DNA of 64,000 nucleotides, from contig OX337232.1 of assembly GCA_946965045.2 (NCBI GenBank), positions 2,418,001-2,482,000 on the forward strand. Reading direction: 5' to 3'. Below are positions 35,659 to 47,640 of this stretch, piece by piece. The stretch comes from Epithemia pelagica (taxonomy: Eukaryota; Protista; Bacillariophyta). A model generated the notes under the pieces. That model was not told the DNA's origin, did no database searches, and saw nothing but the letters and a program-made list of their open reading frames with translations. Every line of letters starts with the position of its first letter. Position 1 is the first letter of the stretch. Made by a program: the position numbers and the translations under genes.

Positions 35659-38600
35659 ATGGATTCGAACCTGACGGCCCACTCCGTATTGGAATCCACG
35701 CTCCATGATCGTGAACGACGACAAGAAAGACCAATTGACAAAATTACCTTGCAGGAAGCTCGTCGATATGGCATCAAGGATCTTCGGGGAGGCAAAAAGG
35801 GACGAATCCGATACTTGTACGCTGGCCATGTGTTTATCTACGATGAACGACAAAACAAGGCCATTACAAGCTACAAGTACGACCGCATTTGTGACTTGTA
35901 CCAACCAAACGACAAGAACAACCAGCAGCAAGGAGGTCCCGCAAGTCAAGAGTCCCGCCGTAAAAAGAAGAAGAAGCCCATCCAGTCCGGAACTCGATTT
36001 ACCAGACCCGTGTTGTTGGAAAAGAGCAAGGATCATTGCGATGCGGGCATTTTGAGTGCCCATCAAAGTGCCACCGAATTTGTCCAACAAAACTTTCATT
36101 TGTGGACCAGCCATACCGTTATTGTGGTAGACATGTCCGGATCCATGCGTGAAGACGATGTCAATGGGGCACGCTGTAGGGCCGATGGAGTCTGGACGAC
36201 CCTCGCACGCAACTTTTGTCGAGCCCAGCTCGAAGGTCAATCTAGTTGCATGTATGATGTTGTCAGTGTCATTGCCATGCGAACTCGTGCGCAAGTGGTG
36301 GTTTCGTGTGAACCCTTAACCTGGGTACTTTACAACAAATTGGTCCAGTTTCGCGAAGTGAGTCTTTGTCTTGTGTTTATTCATGTAATGGCTTTTTGAG
36401 TGGTTGACTGGCTCGCTGGATGTTTTCTTGTGAACAAGCAAACTCTTCTAACTTTTGGAATCTCTTTTGTAACCGCACCAAACCAACCACCACCAGTGGG
36501 AACATATGAAACCCGAAGGACCAGGGTTTTACAAACCGGCTCTGGAAAAGGCCGAGGAGCTTTTGAATCTCAATAATCATGGATCATGTGCCCTTTCTCT
36601 CGCGACGGCAAGCCATCCGACTTTTTCCAAAATGGCACTACAGAATTTGACCATCGAGAATACAGAAAAGTCGAAGAGAGTTTGGCCAAGACCTGCGGTA
36701 TGTTGGCCTCCCGCTTTGGTCGTCGATTGACCATCACCTGTATTGGAATGGCGGACGCGGATGAAAACTTTACAGCCTTGGAAAAAATGACTCAAGAAGC
36801 CAAGCAGTTTGGTGCTACGGCCACATTTCATCAGCCGTCCTTGAACACCGATTCCTTGTCGCAGATCATTTCCAGTTCGGTGGCGTCCTCTCTGTCCAGC
36901 AAGGCTGAATTGACCAGTCTCCAACACAACGACGCGGCAGCCAATCCGCAGGGCAAGACATTTCGTTCCGTTCGAATGGATGTCGAGCGGGAAAGACAAA
37001 ATACTCCGGAAAGCCAAAAACCGAGCCCTAGTCAGTGGCGCATTTTTCGCGAGTCCACGGACCAAACCGTGATTAGCGTATGGACGTGGAGCGACGAACA
37101 ACATGATTTTGCCAACATTATTGACACTCGGTGTCACAAGTGCTCTAAGCCCGTTGCCGATGCCAATTACAACATTTTGTCTAAAGGTGCTGGTGAAATG
37201 TGCAAGAAGTGCAAGGCATGCTTTTTCTGTGCACGCTGTGTCTCAGTGGGTCTTCTACGCACGCATCAAGAAGAAGATGATTGTCAAACGTGTTTGAGTG
37301 GTCGTCGAAACGGGTTTTTGGTTGGAAGCAACACTATCACCAAGAAAAGTAAAAGGAAGGGTGGCCGCACGACTTTCACATGTCCAGTCTCGTACAATGT
37401 CGCTTGGAAAAAGAAAGCTTTTGGAGAAGGAGCAGAACGACTGGCCTACAAGTTTCGCTTTGTCGATCCCACGGGGAAGAATTTTGTTGGGCCTGTCATG
37501 GTAGCCAAGGAGTCTCGATTTGTTGAGGACTTGCTCAATGAAAATGCGAAAGAGGACGACGAAGGAAGATCCACGCAACCACGACAAGAACAACAAGAGA
37601 ATTATCTACGTAGCCAGAAACATTCCTATCACAAAACCTTTATGAGGACGCAATCGATTGCGTCACTTTTTGCGTCGCGATTCAATGAAAGGATCGAACG
37701 CTTTCTCCCCCCAGACGCTCTGATCCATGTTCCCCGGATCGAGTTTGTCAAGCCTTTGATTTACGAATTAGAAGACAAGACCGGCCAAACGCACAACGTG
37801 TTGGTGGAACCATTGATTGAAGGTAAATATCAAAAGTTTAGTGACAACCATGGTGATTTAGCAGTGGACCAGAAACAAGAACAACAACATGGCGACTTCG
37901 GTAAAGAAAACAAGGGCATTGACCTCATTTCAGCAGCATTGTTGTTGGGACGCAAAGTTCCCACGACCGCCAGCACGGCAGGCTCCAAGTCGTACACGGC
38001 ATTGAATAGTAGTAGGAACCTCCTGGGGAACCATTACAACGCGCTCAAGGATGAGGATGTCGATGACGAAGACGAAAATGATGTTGAAAATGGAGGTCAG
38101 AGGGATTCGCCACAGAACCCTGGATTAGGCATGATTGAAGAGGGTGATGAAGAGGAGGACGAGGACGACTACGAAGATAGTGGTGAAGAGGATGAAGGTG
38201 AACAAGAATCAGGCAGCAGCGACGATGACGACGACGTGGATGAAGACAGACAAGGTGATTGTTTGGATTTTAATGCGGCATCGGTTCCCGACACGGATTA
38301 CTTGTCCGCGTTCAGTCACTACTCCTACGCCCTTAGTAGAGGCCATCTAATGGTTGTGGATTTGCAAGGCTCTCTTCAACACTCATCAAAAACGACCCCC
38401 ATTCAACAACAACCAAAACAAAAGAACAAACGACAAAGAAGAAAGAAAGACACAAAACAAGAGCAGGCAACGCATCAACCAAAACAAGAGTACTGTTCCC
38501 TGGTACCGCCGCCGCTGGAGGATCGAAAACGGTTTGTCTTGACCGATCCGGCCATTCACCAACGTCATCGTAACCGTTCTTACCATTTTTCCAACCTACA

Positions 38601-38784
38601 AAAGAAGCGACGGCAATTTGGTCGAACGGATTTGGGCGGTCGAGGGACGCGAGCCTTCTTTCAATCACATGAATGCAATGAAGTGTGCCGACTTTTACGA
38701 TTGGTCCGAGACAAGAAGAAGAAGACTACAGAACAACGACATGACGACAATGTTGACAAGGACAAGGAGGGTCCCATCGGTTGA
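35659..38784 (+). CDS. vWA + alpha-kinase (eEF2K-like) protein, with intron 36358-36496 and an apparent frameshift near 36601-36604
   Basis: VIVVDMSGSMR (MIDAS) and DGKPSD; kinase motifs FGEGAERLAYK, VAKESRF, VEPLIEGKYQKF, AFSHYSY...LMVVDLQG, LTDPAIH, TDLG...FFQSHECNEVC. Confidence 0.8.
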
Positions 38785-39302
38785 CGCTCATATCATTTTT
38801 AACAGTGGACTCATAGATTCAACAGGAAACGCAGCTGGGAGAGGCTCCAGATTCCAGATCCGGTTTCGTCAGTGATGGTATCGAGGTGGAGTCGTGGTAA
38901 ATTGATGCCACGGTGAAAGATATATATGGTCGACTCGAACTAAGCAGGTGAAAGTTTGTAGTTGCATCATATAATAATTGCAACATTTTGACATTCACCA
39001 TTCTTTTCTTCCTTTAAGATGGACATCTCTCGAAGCTGTAGATAATGATAGGAGATATTAATACAGGGCCAAGTACTACCTAGATAGAGATGAGATATAT
39101 CCTTACAGGAGTTTAGCAAAAAATGATAAGACAAAACATATCTCCATCACAACAACTGAACTTAATCATTCAAAGTGCTTTGAGTTTTTTGTGGCTTCAA
39201 AATTTATGGTCATAGTCTTCGGCAATCCGAGAACATTTGTACTTAGAATCAACAATGGGAAAAGTGATCAAATCAATGTGCGGTACACAAAACGTATCAT
39301 CT

Positions 39303-39746
39303 CTACTCGACAGTACTGCCTTCCAATTGAACCATGAGCTTTCGAAAGCTGTTACTTCGACGAGGTGGTTTCGGTGCTGCATCATCCAAAAGTGTCTTTC
39401 TTGGCTTGCGTCGGCTATTTTTAGTTGCAGGGTCACGAGTCGGTCGTGACATTCGAGCTTTGTCGGGGTACGTTTCATTCGTCCATCTAGACACTCCGTG
39501 GAGGAGAGTGTCACTTTTGGAGCGACTAGTGCCTCGCCTTGGCTCTCGCGGAAGTGAGGCCGATCTTGTTCTTTCCACACGTTTGCGACGGCCAATATCG
39601 TGCGAAAGGCAATTATCCACAACAATCGTTAGCGTGCTTTTCTGCATCATTTCTCGAATGTGCTGTGGCAAAAACATTAGTGCGTTCGATTGAGCCGACA
39701 TGCGTACATCCTCTTCGTTCTTCCCTCTCATGCCCATGATGGCCAT
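39303..39746 (-). CDS. Hypothetical low-complexity basic protein
   Basis: 147-aa ORF with SRW and PKPPRR motifs of a kind seen in small diatom proteins; no domain recognised. Confidence 0.35.
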   Translation of the reverse strand: MAIMGMRGKNEEDVRMSAQSNALMFLPQHIREMMQKSTLTIVVDNCLSHDIGRRKRVERTRSASLPREPRRGTSRSKSDTLLHGVSRWTNETYPDKARMSRPTRDPATKNSRRKPRKTLLDDAAPKPPRRSNSFRKLMVQLEGSTVE

Positions 39747-41850
39747 TTTTGTTGCAACTGGTTTATGAGATGGAACGGAGAAGGTGTTTAATCGGGTTTA
39801 TTCTTGATACCAATCTTATGCTTTCTTGTGGCTGATGTAAATGCGTTCTTGCGTCCGGAGCGAGAGAGGCTTGAGATCTCAGAGAATGAGACGCCGCACA
39901 GGTTTTTGTCGTCCAAGTTTGTGGCGACAGATTTATGAGGGAACCATCGAAAATGTCTGGAAAAGGGAAAGCTTATTTCCCCTACCGATGTGCAATAACT
40001 AAGCTGTGACATGAACACAATTCTCTGAACCACTTCCGTATACAGCCCCTTCGAGAGGGGATAAAAAATCACTCCAGATTCCAGATTATGGGACAAAATG
40101 AGATCATCTATATGTTATTATAGCCCCTGAGCCAAAGAATCTTTCAGGGCCTGATGGCATTGAATATTGGGAATTGGGAAGAGTCTTGTTGTCATCGTAG
40201 AGCTGAGTAGTGGAGAAGTTTCTCACATGTCCCGTATTGTGTATTGGAGATCAGAGTACTCCCAAGCATCTGGAACTTAAAGATGGAGTTCTGACTCGTA
40301 GTGATCTCCCATAGGTCTTTATAGCTTGAACAACCTCTGTATGATCTGAATACTGGTTGGGATTTCCGAACCCTTCTTCATACTCGTACGAGTATTTATT
40401 ATTCTCACTAGTCATGGCGGCAGTCCCTTTCATTTAAGGCTTAATTATTTTCATATCTCTTTTATTATCAGGTATTTCCGCATGGGCGTGTCCCACCGTC
40501 CCACCCCCCAAGCCCATCATGCATTCGTCGTCGTCGCTCCAAGGCGCTGAAGATTGAAGATGCAGTACATTTGGCAAGTATGGTTCCTCTCCTCTGGCAT
40601 CAGCGAATCGATCTCTCAAAGAAAGATTGATTCTTGAATTTTTGGAAACGGAAGACGAGATTCTGACTTGACTAGATGCATCCGAATTTGTATTTGCTTA
40701 AGCCTGTGACGGGGACAACCAGCCTTCCATTTTCGATAGTGACCCGTCGACAAAGGCAACACGAACACAATCCGTCGGAAACGAATGTAGAGTGTGAAAA
40801 ATGTCCAGTTTGTGTTCACCCTGTTGCCATGTATGGGCTGGTCAATGTCATAATTGTTTTAACATTTCAACTAATAAGGACTGAAGGTTCCAGTTTAACA
40901 TATTGAGATGTTGATCAATGCACCAGACGAAAATCCTGAGCCTCCGACAGGCAACTAGACCCAAGATGAATGTTACGAATCATTGACTGGACTAGAACGT
41001 AAAAAAGTCTCCTCTCAACAGGCAACAGCACGGAATTGTCGATTGTTGAGAAAACACCGGAAAGAGTAAAGCAGCGGATTCTTTGCGACTGGACTACATT
41101 GGCTGCATCAATGCACTTCGCAAACGATAATGTACCGAGGGGGACCGTCCCCATCGTTGGGCATGTTGGTCCATGCATTCATATTCTACACTGAGCATCA
41201 TGGAAAGCTTCAGATCTCTGAGTTTGAACCGATAACATAACGTGTGGTGCACAACGTTTGTTGCATCTTTTTATAATCCATCCCTGATCATTTACCTGAA
41301 CAAGTCAACGACGTGGAGTTGATGATTATGCATCTTTTGGTTTCTTATCTGTGGGTAATTTGAAACAGTCTTTAAGGTCTTGATACAGTGCATCGACTCT
41401 ATACTTGCTCCCTTTCCACTGAGGTAGGAGTAGCAATTTTGTGGAACCAATCTGCCCCACTCTGGTTTGGCTCTCTAGCCAGACGGTCGGCAGGTGTCAT
41501 TCCCTCCAATCCGAAAACAGTACGGCAATCATATAATGCTTTGTTGCCGTTGACATTAGACATCCTTTGACCGCAACCTTTCTCATGCTGGCGAATGGTC
41601 GTAAGTCCTCCTCTTGTGGTAATTGGTCTCTACTAGAGGTAGCTAGCAACAGGACTAACTTCATGCAATTCCTGGCGGTCTCACCGACGAAATTTAAATG
41701 AGAGTATATGGTAAGTATAAGTACCGTACGCGCATGGAGTTGTTTACCCATTAGGCTCGTCCGTCGTCCGGACTGGAAGGGTTCACCAGGACCACGTAAA
41801 AATTTTAGTTTCTCGCGAAATTTCAATCTCCTCATTCAAGTGATTCCACG

Positions 41851-42753
41851 ATGCCTCCGTCCTCCTCCAACGCGGCTTCGCATCGTCGACAAACTCGGTT
41901 GCGTCGAGAATATTTGTATCGCAAGAGCTTGGAGGGTCGAGAGAAGGTGGCTTATGAGAAAAAACGTCAAGTACGAGAAGCCTTGGCCGCGGGCAAGCCG
42001 TTGCCGACCGAATTGCGGGCGTCGTACGATGAACTCAAGGCGTCGGTGGATGCCGAAGACAAGAAAACCAGTGAACATGCCGTCCAGCGTACCCATGTCG
42101 ACGATGAATATGGAGATGCAGGATTGTTGGAACCACGTGTCTGTGTCACAACCAGCCGTGATCCATCGTCGCGATTGAAACAATTTGTCAAGGAAATCAA
42201 AGTCCTCATTCCCAATTCAACGCGGATCAATCGAGGGAACAATCGGGTGGATGAGTTGGTCGAATCCTGTCGGCAGTCGGAATTCAGTGACATTGTGATG
42301 GTTCAAGAAACACGAGGAGAACCAGATGGCTTGGTGATTTGTCACTTACCCTTGGGACCCACAGCCTTTTTCTCCTTGAGCAATGCCGTGTTGAGACACG
42401 ACTTGGATCCTCCGGCCGCGCCCATGTCCGAAGCCTACCCGCATATTGTCTTGCACAATTTCCAGACTGACTTGGGCCGTCGCGTTGGCAACATTTTGAA
42501 GTGTCTCTTTCCCGTTCCAAGAGCCGATACAAAACGTGTCATCACCTTTGCGAATGACAATGATTTCATCAGTTTTCGGCATCACATGTACAGCAAGCCT
42601 ACACATGACAGCGTCGCATTGCATGAAGTGGGACCGAGGTTTGAAATGCGCTTGTATCAGATTCGGTTGGGAACCTTGGATCAAAAGGAGGCCGACAATG
42701 AGTACGTTTTGCGCCCCTATCAAAATACAGCCACGAAACGACAGGTTCTGTAA
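41851..42753 (+). CDS. IMP4: U3 snoRNP protein IMP4 (Brix domain)
   Basis: RLRREYLYRKS, VTTSRDPSSRLKQF, HLPLGPTAFFSL, ISFRHH, EVGPRFEMRLYQIRLGTL. Confidence 0.97.
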   Translation: MPPSSSNAASHRRQTRLRREYLYRKSLEGREKVAYEKKRQVREALAAGKPLPTELRASYDELKASVDAEDKKTSEHAVQRTHVDDEYGDAGLLEPRVCVTTSRDPSSRLKQFVKEIKVLIPNSTRINRGNNRVDELVESCRQSEFSDIVMVQETRGEPDGLVICHLPLGPTAFFSLSNAVLRHDLDPPAAPMSEAYPHIVLHNFQTDLGRRVGNILKCLFPVPRADTKRVITFANDNDFISFRHHMYSKPTHDSVALHEVGPRFEMRLYQIRLGTLDQKEADNEYVLRPYQNTATKRQVL

Positions 42754-43512
42754 GAGATGAACACTGCGCTGGACGCTTTAAGTCGTTGTCAACAAACTGT
42801 TAGGGCATTTCTGATATCAGACAAATACTTGAGACATTGAGGGAGTACCATCAACTAGCCAGAAACAAGGAGATTTTTGGTCAAAGACTGTTCCAGTGTT
42901 CCTTGTATCTACCTCCGTAAACTGTCTTACAACAAAGGAAAACAGAAGATTCCCTGTCCTCATATCTGAAAGAAATGCCAGTACTCGAGAATGGATGTCT
43001 CCTAAGGCAGAGTGAGAAGAATAGTGGTATGGTGTTTCGTTGATCGCCTCTGAGTGCGATTATGATACTATGGCATTGTATGGAAAACATGGGTACACTC
43101 GTTGTATTCAAACTGGGTGTGGACCACTGACTGACCAGGCGCTATCACCATGTGGACAGAAGGAACGCCATGCCTCATGTTGCCTTATACGATCAATGAA
43201 AGAGCTATGGAACAAAGTCAAAGATTCTCTGAACCGAAGGTTTGTGAAATGGCGATTTCAAAACACGTCCTAGGAGTAGGTACTCCCATAACAACCTTTT
43301 CTTGCCTTCCGGTCTACTACCTAGTATACATAGTCCCTAGTACGAAGACTCTGAAAACTAAGCGGGCGTGACAGATTGACAGACGATCTTTGTCCTAAAA
43401 TTATGCCCATGTTTCCACCCCCGCTAAGGAATAGTGCAAACATCGACCATGGTCAACGGCCTGATCATTGATCATGGTCTGCACCTTCTTCATAAAGAGG
43501 GCGACAAACTTA

Positions 43513-45999
43513 ATGTTTCCCCTTCTCCTTGCTTCATTTATCTTACTGCACTCGGTGACGAGCAACCAATTATGCTTTCCGTGTCGTGATGGAACACCCA
43601 TTCCAGAGGATTTTGTCAATGTTTCCGTCACCTTTCCAGGATATGAGGACGATGTTAGCATTTGTGGTGATTTACAAGCCGTTGTATCCTCTATCGAAGG
43701 CGATGATGTTCTTTGTCAATCGATCCAGTCTATTGGGACCTTGTGTGGATGTCCGACCCCTTACGACTCATGCACGCTTTGTCCAGATGGAAGTTCGATA
43801 CCAAGAGACTTTTTCGATACACTCTTGACAGACAATACTCTTCATCAACCAATAATGAGTCCGTTACTTCCGCCTCAATGTGGATTTTTGGAAGCGAGTT
43901 TGAGTTTAACGACGAGTGCTAGCGAAACGTGTCGCCAGGCACGTAGATTTGCCAACGTATGTGGATGTCCCAAAGTTCATTCCCTGAGTGAGATTCGAAC
44001 TCCATCGCTTTTGGATGAGAGAAGGACAACGCAATCCTGTGCATTATGTCGTGACGGTGTATCGATGATGTATCCAGATAAAGATCTGTCCTCGTTTTTG
44101 TTCAGGAACTCCAAAATTTTCGAAAATGATCTCAGTGGCAATTTTGATCAAGTGCCTTTGGACTCACCAACCTGCCAAGGATTGGCAAACATGATGGCTG
44201 CCACGTGGGAACTCGAAAACGATCAGTGTCGGCAATCGCAATTTCTGTTTGCTGGAATATGTGGATGCCCACCAGTGAAAGAGGATAGCTTCTGCACATT
44301 CTGCCCAAACGATGAAGATCTTCCGGACTCGAACCGTGTTTTGAGTTTTGTGCAAGCCCGTGACGGAGGACCCTTGTTTACGTGCTCCGAACTGAACTTG
44401 ACAGTCACACAAGTAAGCGATACCTCCGATAACTGTTTCTTTTCAAGGTCCTTCAATTTCCTTTGTGGTTGCAACGAAGGCAGTCGCCACTACGTTGGAG
44501 CTGACATGGAATTGAAGCAAGCCTTCTTGGCATGGATTCCTCGTGTCACGGGTCTGGCCAGTTTGGTGGGCTCTCTTTGGATTATCACCGACATCATCCG
44601 TGATCGCTCCAAGCATGGCCTTGTATTCAATCAACTAATGGTTGAGATAAGTATTTTCGATTGCTTCAGCAGTGTGGCCTGGATCTTCAGTACTGCACCC
44701 ATTCCGAAATACGAGAATGGGGAACCAACTGGTGTGTACGGCGCAATTGGCAATTCGGCCACATGTACTGTGCAAGGCTTCTTTGTTCAGTTTGGTCTGA
44801 TTGGGTCTCTCTCGGTCAATGTCATATTGACACTCTACTATCTTTTGGTTATCGTCAAGAGTTTCCGCGAGTGGCACTTCAAACCACTACGGAAATGGTT
44901 CCATGGAACACCCGTTGTACTTGCTTTGGGATGGGCGTGTGCTGGAATTCCCTTTTATGATTATGTCATGCTCATGTGCCACGTTTCTCCCTATCCAGTT
45001 GCCTCAAACCACGTTGAAACTGTCATGTCTCTGCTTTTTCCAATCGCCTTGGCCTTTCTCCTCTGTTCCATTAATATGGGTTGGATTTATTGGAAGGTGC
45101 GGAAACAGAGCTTGGCGGCTGATCGTTGGAGAATGACGGGTGTGCCGATTTCCACGCACCACGGGGGAGGGCCACCGAATGCAGATGACGATGGGGTGCC
45201 TAAATCAACCATACGCAAATGCTGCATTGCCTTGTTAGAGCTGTTTGTCATTTGCAGACGACGAAGCAGTGACAGAAACGTAGCTAGGACTACAAGAGGG
45301 AGAGCAGCACCAATGGAACGCGCTGTTGTTTGGCAAGCCACGTTTTACTTGTCCTGCTTCTTTGTGACGTGGTCATTTTACTTTTCAATGTCTATGAATG
45401 CAAAGAACGAAAATTATGGCTTCTGGGTATGTGTTTGTATTATTTGTGCTCATGAGGGGTTATTTTGGAAATCTTCTGACGTCGTCGAGTGCTTCGGCAT
45501 GGTTGTGTCACAGGTGTTGGTTGTCATCTTCACACCCTTGCAGGGTTTTCTGAATTTCATTGTGTACATGCGCCCTCGCTGGGGGGAAGCAGTAATCCGA
45601 CGCAGAGAACGACGACGATATCGAGCCGCAAGGGACAAGAAAAAGACATTGGAGGATGCTGCTGGTTCGCCGGATGTTGCCTCCTCTGGCAATGTGAACA
45701 CATTGGGCGGTGCAAATTGTCTCACGGATACCACCTCCTCTGGAAAAGCCAACTCCTATCTGCCAGATGATCAAGAGACTGATAAATCCATTCGTGGTGA
45801 TACAAGTCGAGACGACGGGAATCGGAAGGTGGCTTCCACCGAGACTGATTCATCAGGTTTGATCTTGACGCCCTATGACAACGATAAAGAGCAAGATTCC
45901 ATCGAGGGACCGGGAGTGACTCTTGTCGAGGAAAATGTTGATACTCATTTAGAGGATACGCTTTCACACTCCAGATCAAGAGAACCTTCTGGGTCTTGA
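43513..45999 (+). CDS. 7TM GPCR-like receptor with Cys-rich extracellular repeats; probable stop-free 87-nt intron 45427-45513
   Basis: Signal peptide; repeated CxLCxDG...CGC modules; TM core GNSATCTVQGFFVQFG, TLYYLLVI, WQATFYL, FTPLQGFLNFIVYMRPR. Confidence 0.85.
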   Translation: MFPLLLASFILLHSVTSNQLCFPCRDGTPIPEDFVNVSVTFPGYEDDVSICGDLQAVVSSIEGDDVLCQSIQSIGTLCGCPTPYDSCTLCPDGSSIPRDFFDTLLTDNTLHQPIMSPLLPPQCGFLEASLSLTTSASETCRQARRFANVCGCPKVHSLSEIRTPSLLDERRTTQSCALCRDGVSMMYPDKDLSSFLFRNSKIFENDLSGNFDQVPLDSPTCQGLANMMAATWELENDQCRQSQFLFAGICGCPPVKEDSFCTFCPNDEDLPDSNRVLSFVQARDGGPLFTCSELNLTVTQVSDTSDNCFFSRSFNFLCGCNEGSRHYVGADMELKQAFLAWIPRVTGLASLVGSLWIITDIIRDRSKHGLVFNQLMVEISIFDCFSSVAWIFSTAPIPKYENGEPTGVYGAIGNSATCTVQGFFVQFGLIGSLSVNVILTLYYLLVIVKSFREWHFKPLRKWFHGTPVVLALGWACAGIPFYDYVMLMCHVSPYPVASNHVETVMSLLFPIALAFLLCSINMGWIYWKVRKQSLAADRWRMTGVPISTHHGGGPPNADDDGVPKSTIRKCCIALLELFVICRRRSSDRNVARTTRGRAAPMERAVVWQATFYLSCFFVTWSFYFSMSMNAKNENYGFWVCVCIICAHEGLFWKSSDVVECFGMVVSQVLVVIFTPLQGFLNFIVYMRPRWGEAVIRRRERRRYRAARDKKKTLEDAAGSPDVASSGNVNTLGGANCLTDTTSSGKANSYLPDDQETDKSIRGDTSRDDGNRKVASTETDSSGLILTPYDNDKEQDSIEGPGVTLVEENVDTHLEDTLSHSRSREPSGS

Positions 46000-46070
46000 A
46001 TTGGTTTAGAATGCTGTCCTTTTTTTCTTAGGCTATCTCCACCCTGGCCCGCTAAAGGCCCCAAAACCGC

Positions 46071-46202
46071 AATCCGCCTGCCCTCGGCGAATTGCTTGCT
46101 AACGCTGCAGTCCTTTGGTAGCTTTAGGGAAAGACTCCGCTGGTTGGTTGTGGCTTCTGATGACTAGGAGTCATCGGGAGCCTGCCAACAGCGAAAACGC
46201 TG
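46071..46202 (-). repeat. Split direct repeat B2 (132 bp)
   Basis: Same sequence as 46346-46477 (AATCCGCCTG...AAAACGCTG). Confidence 0.95.
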
Positions 46203-46204
46203 GG

Positions 46205-46345
46205 ACCAACAGCAAACTTGATAGAGATTGCGTTGCTCCAAAAACTCTGAGCTCCATGGCTGCTGTTGGCAGACTCCTAGACATAGCTAGTGTGATCTAG
46301 CTAGACTACGTGTAGCTACCTGAGTGTCCTGTCGCTGACGCACAC
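46205..46345 (-). repeat. Split direct repeat A2 (141 bp)
   Basis: Same sequence as 56237-56377 (ACCAACAGC...GACGCACAC). Confidence 0.95.
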
Positions 46346-46477
46346 AATCCGCCTGCCCTCGGCGAATTGCTTGCTAACGCTGCAGTCCTTTGGTAGCTTT
46401 AGGGAAAGACTCCGCTGGTTGGTTGTGGCTTCTGATGACTAGGAGTCATCGGGAGCCTGCCAACAGCGAAAACGCTG
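46346..46477 (-). repeat. Split direct repeat B1 (132 bp)
   Basis: Same sequence as 46071-46202. Confidence 0.95.
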
Positions 46478-46635
46478 AGGAGTAGATCATCGGGATCTAA
46501 CCCTCTAGCGTCTGCACCACATGTCTTTGCCTTGACTAGCCACCACAGCTGACTGCGGAGTGTGAGGGAGTAGCCGATAGGACAATTGGAGGGCGTAGGA
46601 CATGGGCACAAAGATACGGTTGCGGAAGAGGTGAG

Positions 46636-47640
46636 ATGAGTTCTGCAGCTCGGAGAACAGAAGAAAGCGAAACGACGGCTGAACAACTGGATCGTTTAAA
46701 AACAGTTGTCGAGGCACAACGCAAAGAATTGCACGGCGCTTTAGGAGGAGTGGATATCGCGCAAACAGAGCTGGATAAGACTCGCGTGTTGCACGCCCAA
46801 GAGCGTCAACATTTGGAAGACGTGCATGGCGGAATACTTGCATCCAAAGAGGCGTCGGTGATTCAGACGCAGAAAAACGTGCGAGAGTTGGTGGGCGATC
46901 ATCAAGCAGAGATCGATCGACTAGTGACCCGTGTGTGTGAAACTTTTGCGGAGGAAGGAGGAGACGGGGAGGACTTCGTGGAAACGGTGTTTCGAAGAGC
47001 ATCTCCAAGCAACAAGAAGGTCGTGGTGGCTCTAGAGCTGTTGTTTCCGCACCCGGAAGACCAAGAAGTCGTTTTCCACCAGATTTGTGGATTGGTCTTG
47101 GCTGGCGGACGGGAGAGGCCTTCTGCAGAGGAGGTTGTGGAACAAAAGGTGGCCGTTGTTCGTGAGTTGTTCGCGCAGAACTCTGCCCGCCGTGGATTGC
47201 CTGTGCCAGTTCCCGGAGGGAGAGCCGCGACGGCTGCTGCAGCAGCCGACCGAAAAGATAAGAAACCCGAGGCGGGTAAAAAGAGGTCCGAAGGGAAAGG
47301 AACTGGTGAAGCGTTTTCGAAGCGCGAGAAGCGTTCTTTGGAAGAGTGGTTGGGCCAACCGGGTTTCAGTACCCTACCCAAGAAGCAGCGCAAGAGCAGT
47401 ACCCCTGTGAAGAGGAGCGCGAGTGTTTCGCCCAAGGAGAAAGGCCTGGGGTTGATCAAGGAAACTCCCACAAGGGAGAAATCGATTAAGGAAACTCCTA
47501 CGAGGGAGAATACGGCGATTAGGGAAAACCCGGCGACAGAGGACGAGCCGTTGTCGTGGAAGAAACATTTACCGGAAGTTGTTGTCCTGTCTGGCGATTC
47601 GTCGGGACGCGCGTCGAAGTTGGAATCAGACAGTGAATGA
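46636..47640 (+). CDS. Antisense accessory ORF-X1 of the YR element (coiled coil plus basic S/T-P-rich tail)
   Basis: 334 aa; heptad-like N-terminus; KKQRK basic patch; duplicated IKETPTRE; stop overlaps the next start (ATGA). Confidence 0.7.
   Translation: MSSAARRTEESETTAEQLDRLKTVVEAQRKELHGALGGVDIAQTELDKTRVLHAQERQHLEDVHGGILASKEASVIQTQKNVRELVGDHQAEIDRLVTRVCETFAEEGGDGEDFVETVFRRASPSNKKVVVALELLFPHPEDQEVVFHQICGLVLAGGRERPSAEEVVEQKVAVVRELFAQNSARRGLPVPVPGGRAATAAAAADRKDKKPEAGKKRSEGKGTGEAFSKREKRSLEEWLGQPGFSTLPKKQRKSSTPVKRSASVSPKEKGLGLIKETPTREKSIKETPTRENTAIRENPATEDEPLSWKKHLPEVVVLSGDSSGRASKLESDSE

Noticed and set aside
40251-40900. Chain of 60-67-aa minus-strand ORFs in one frame
   Set aside because: No motif or splice pattern I could support; possibly a pseudogene relic.
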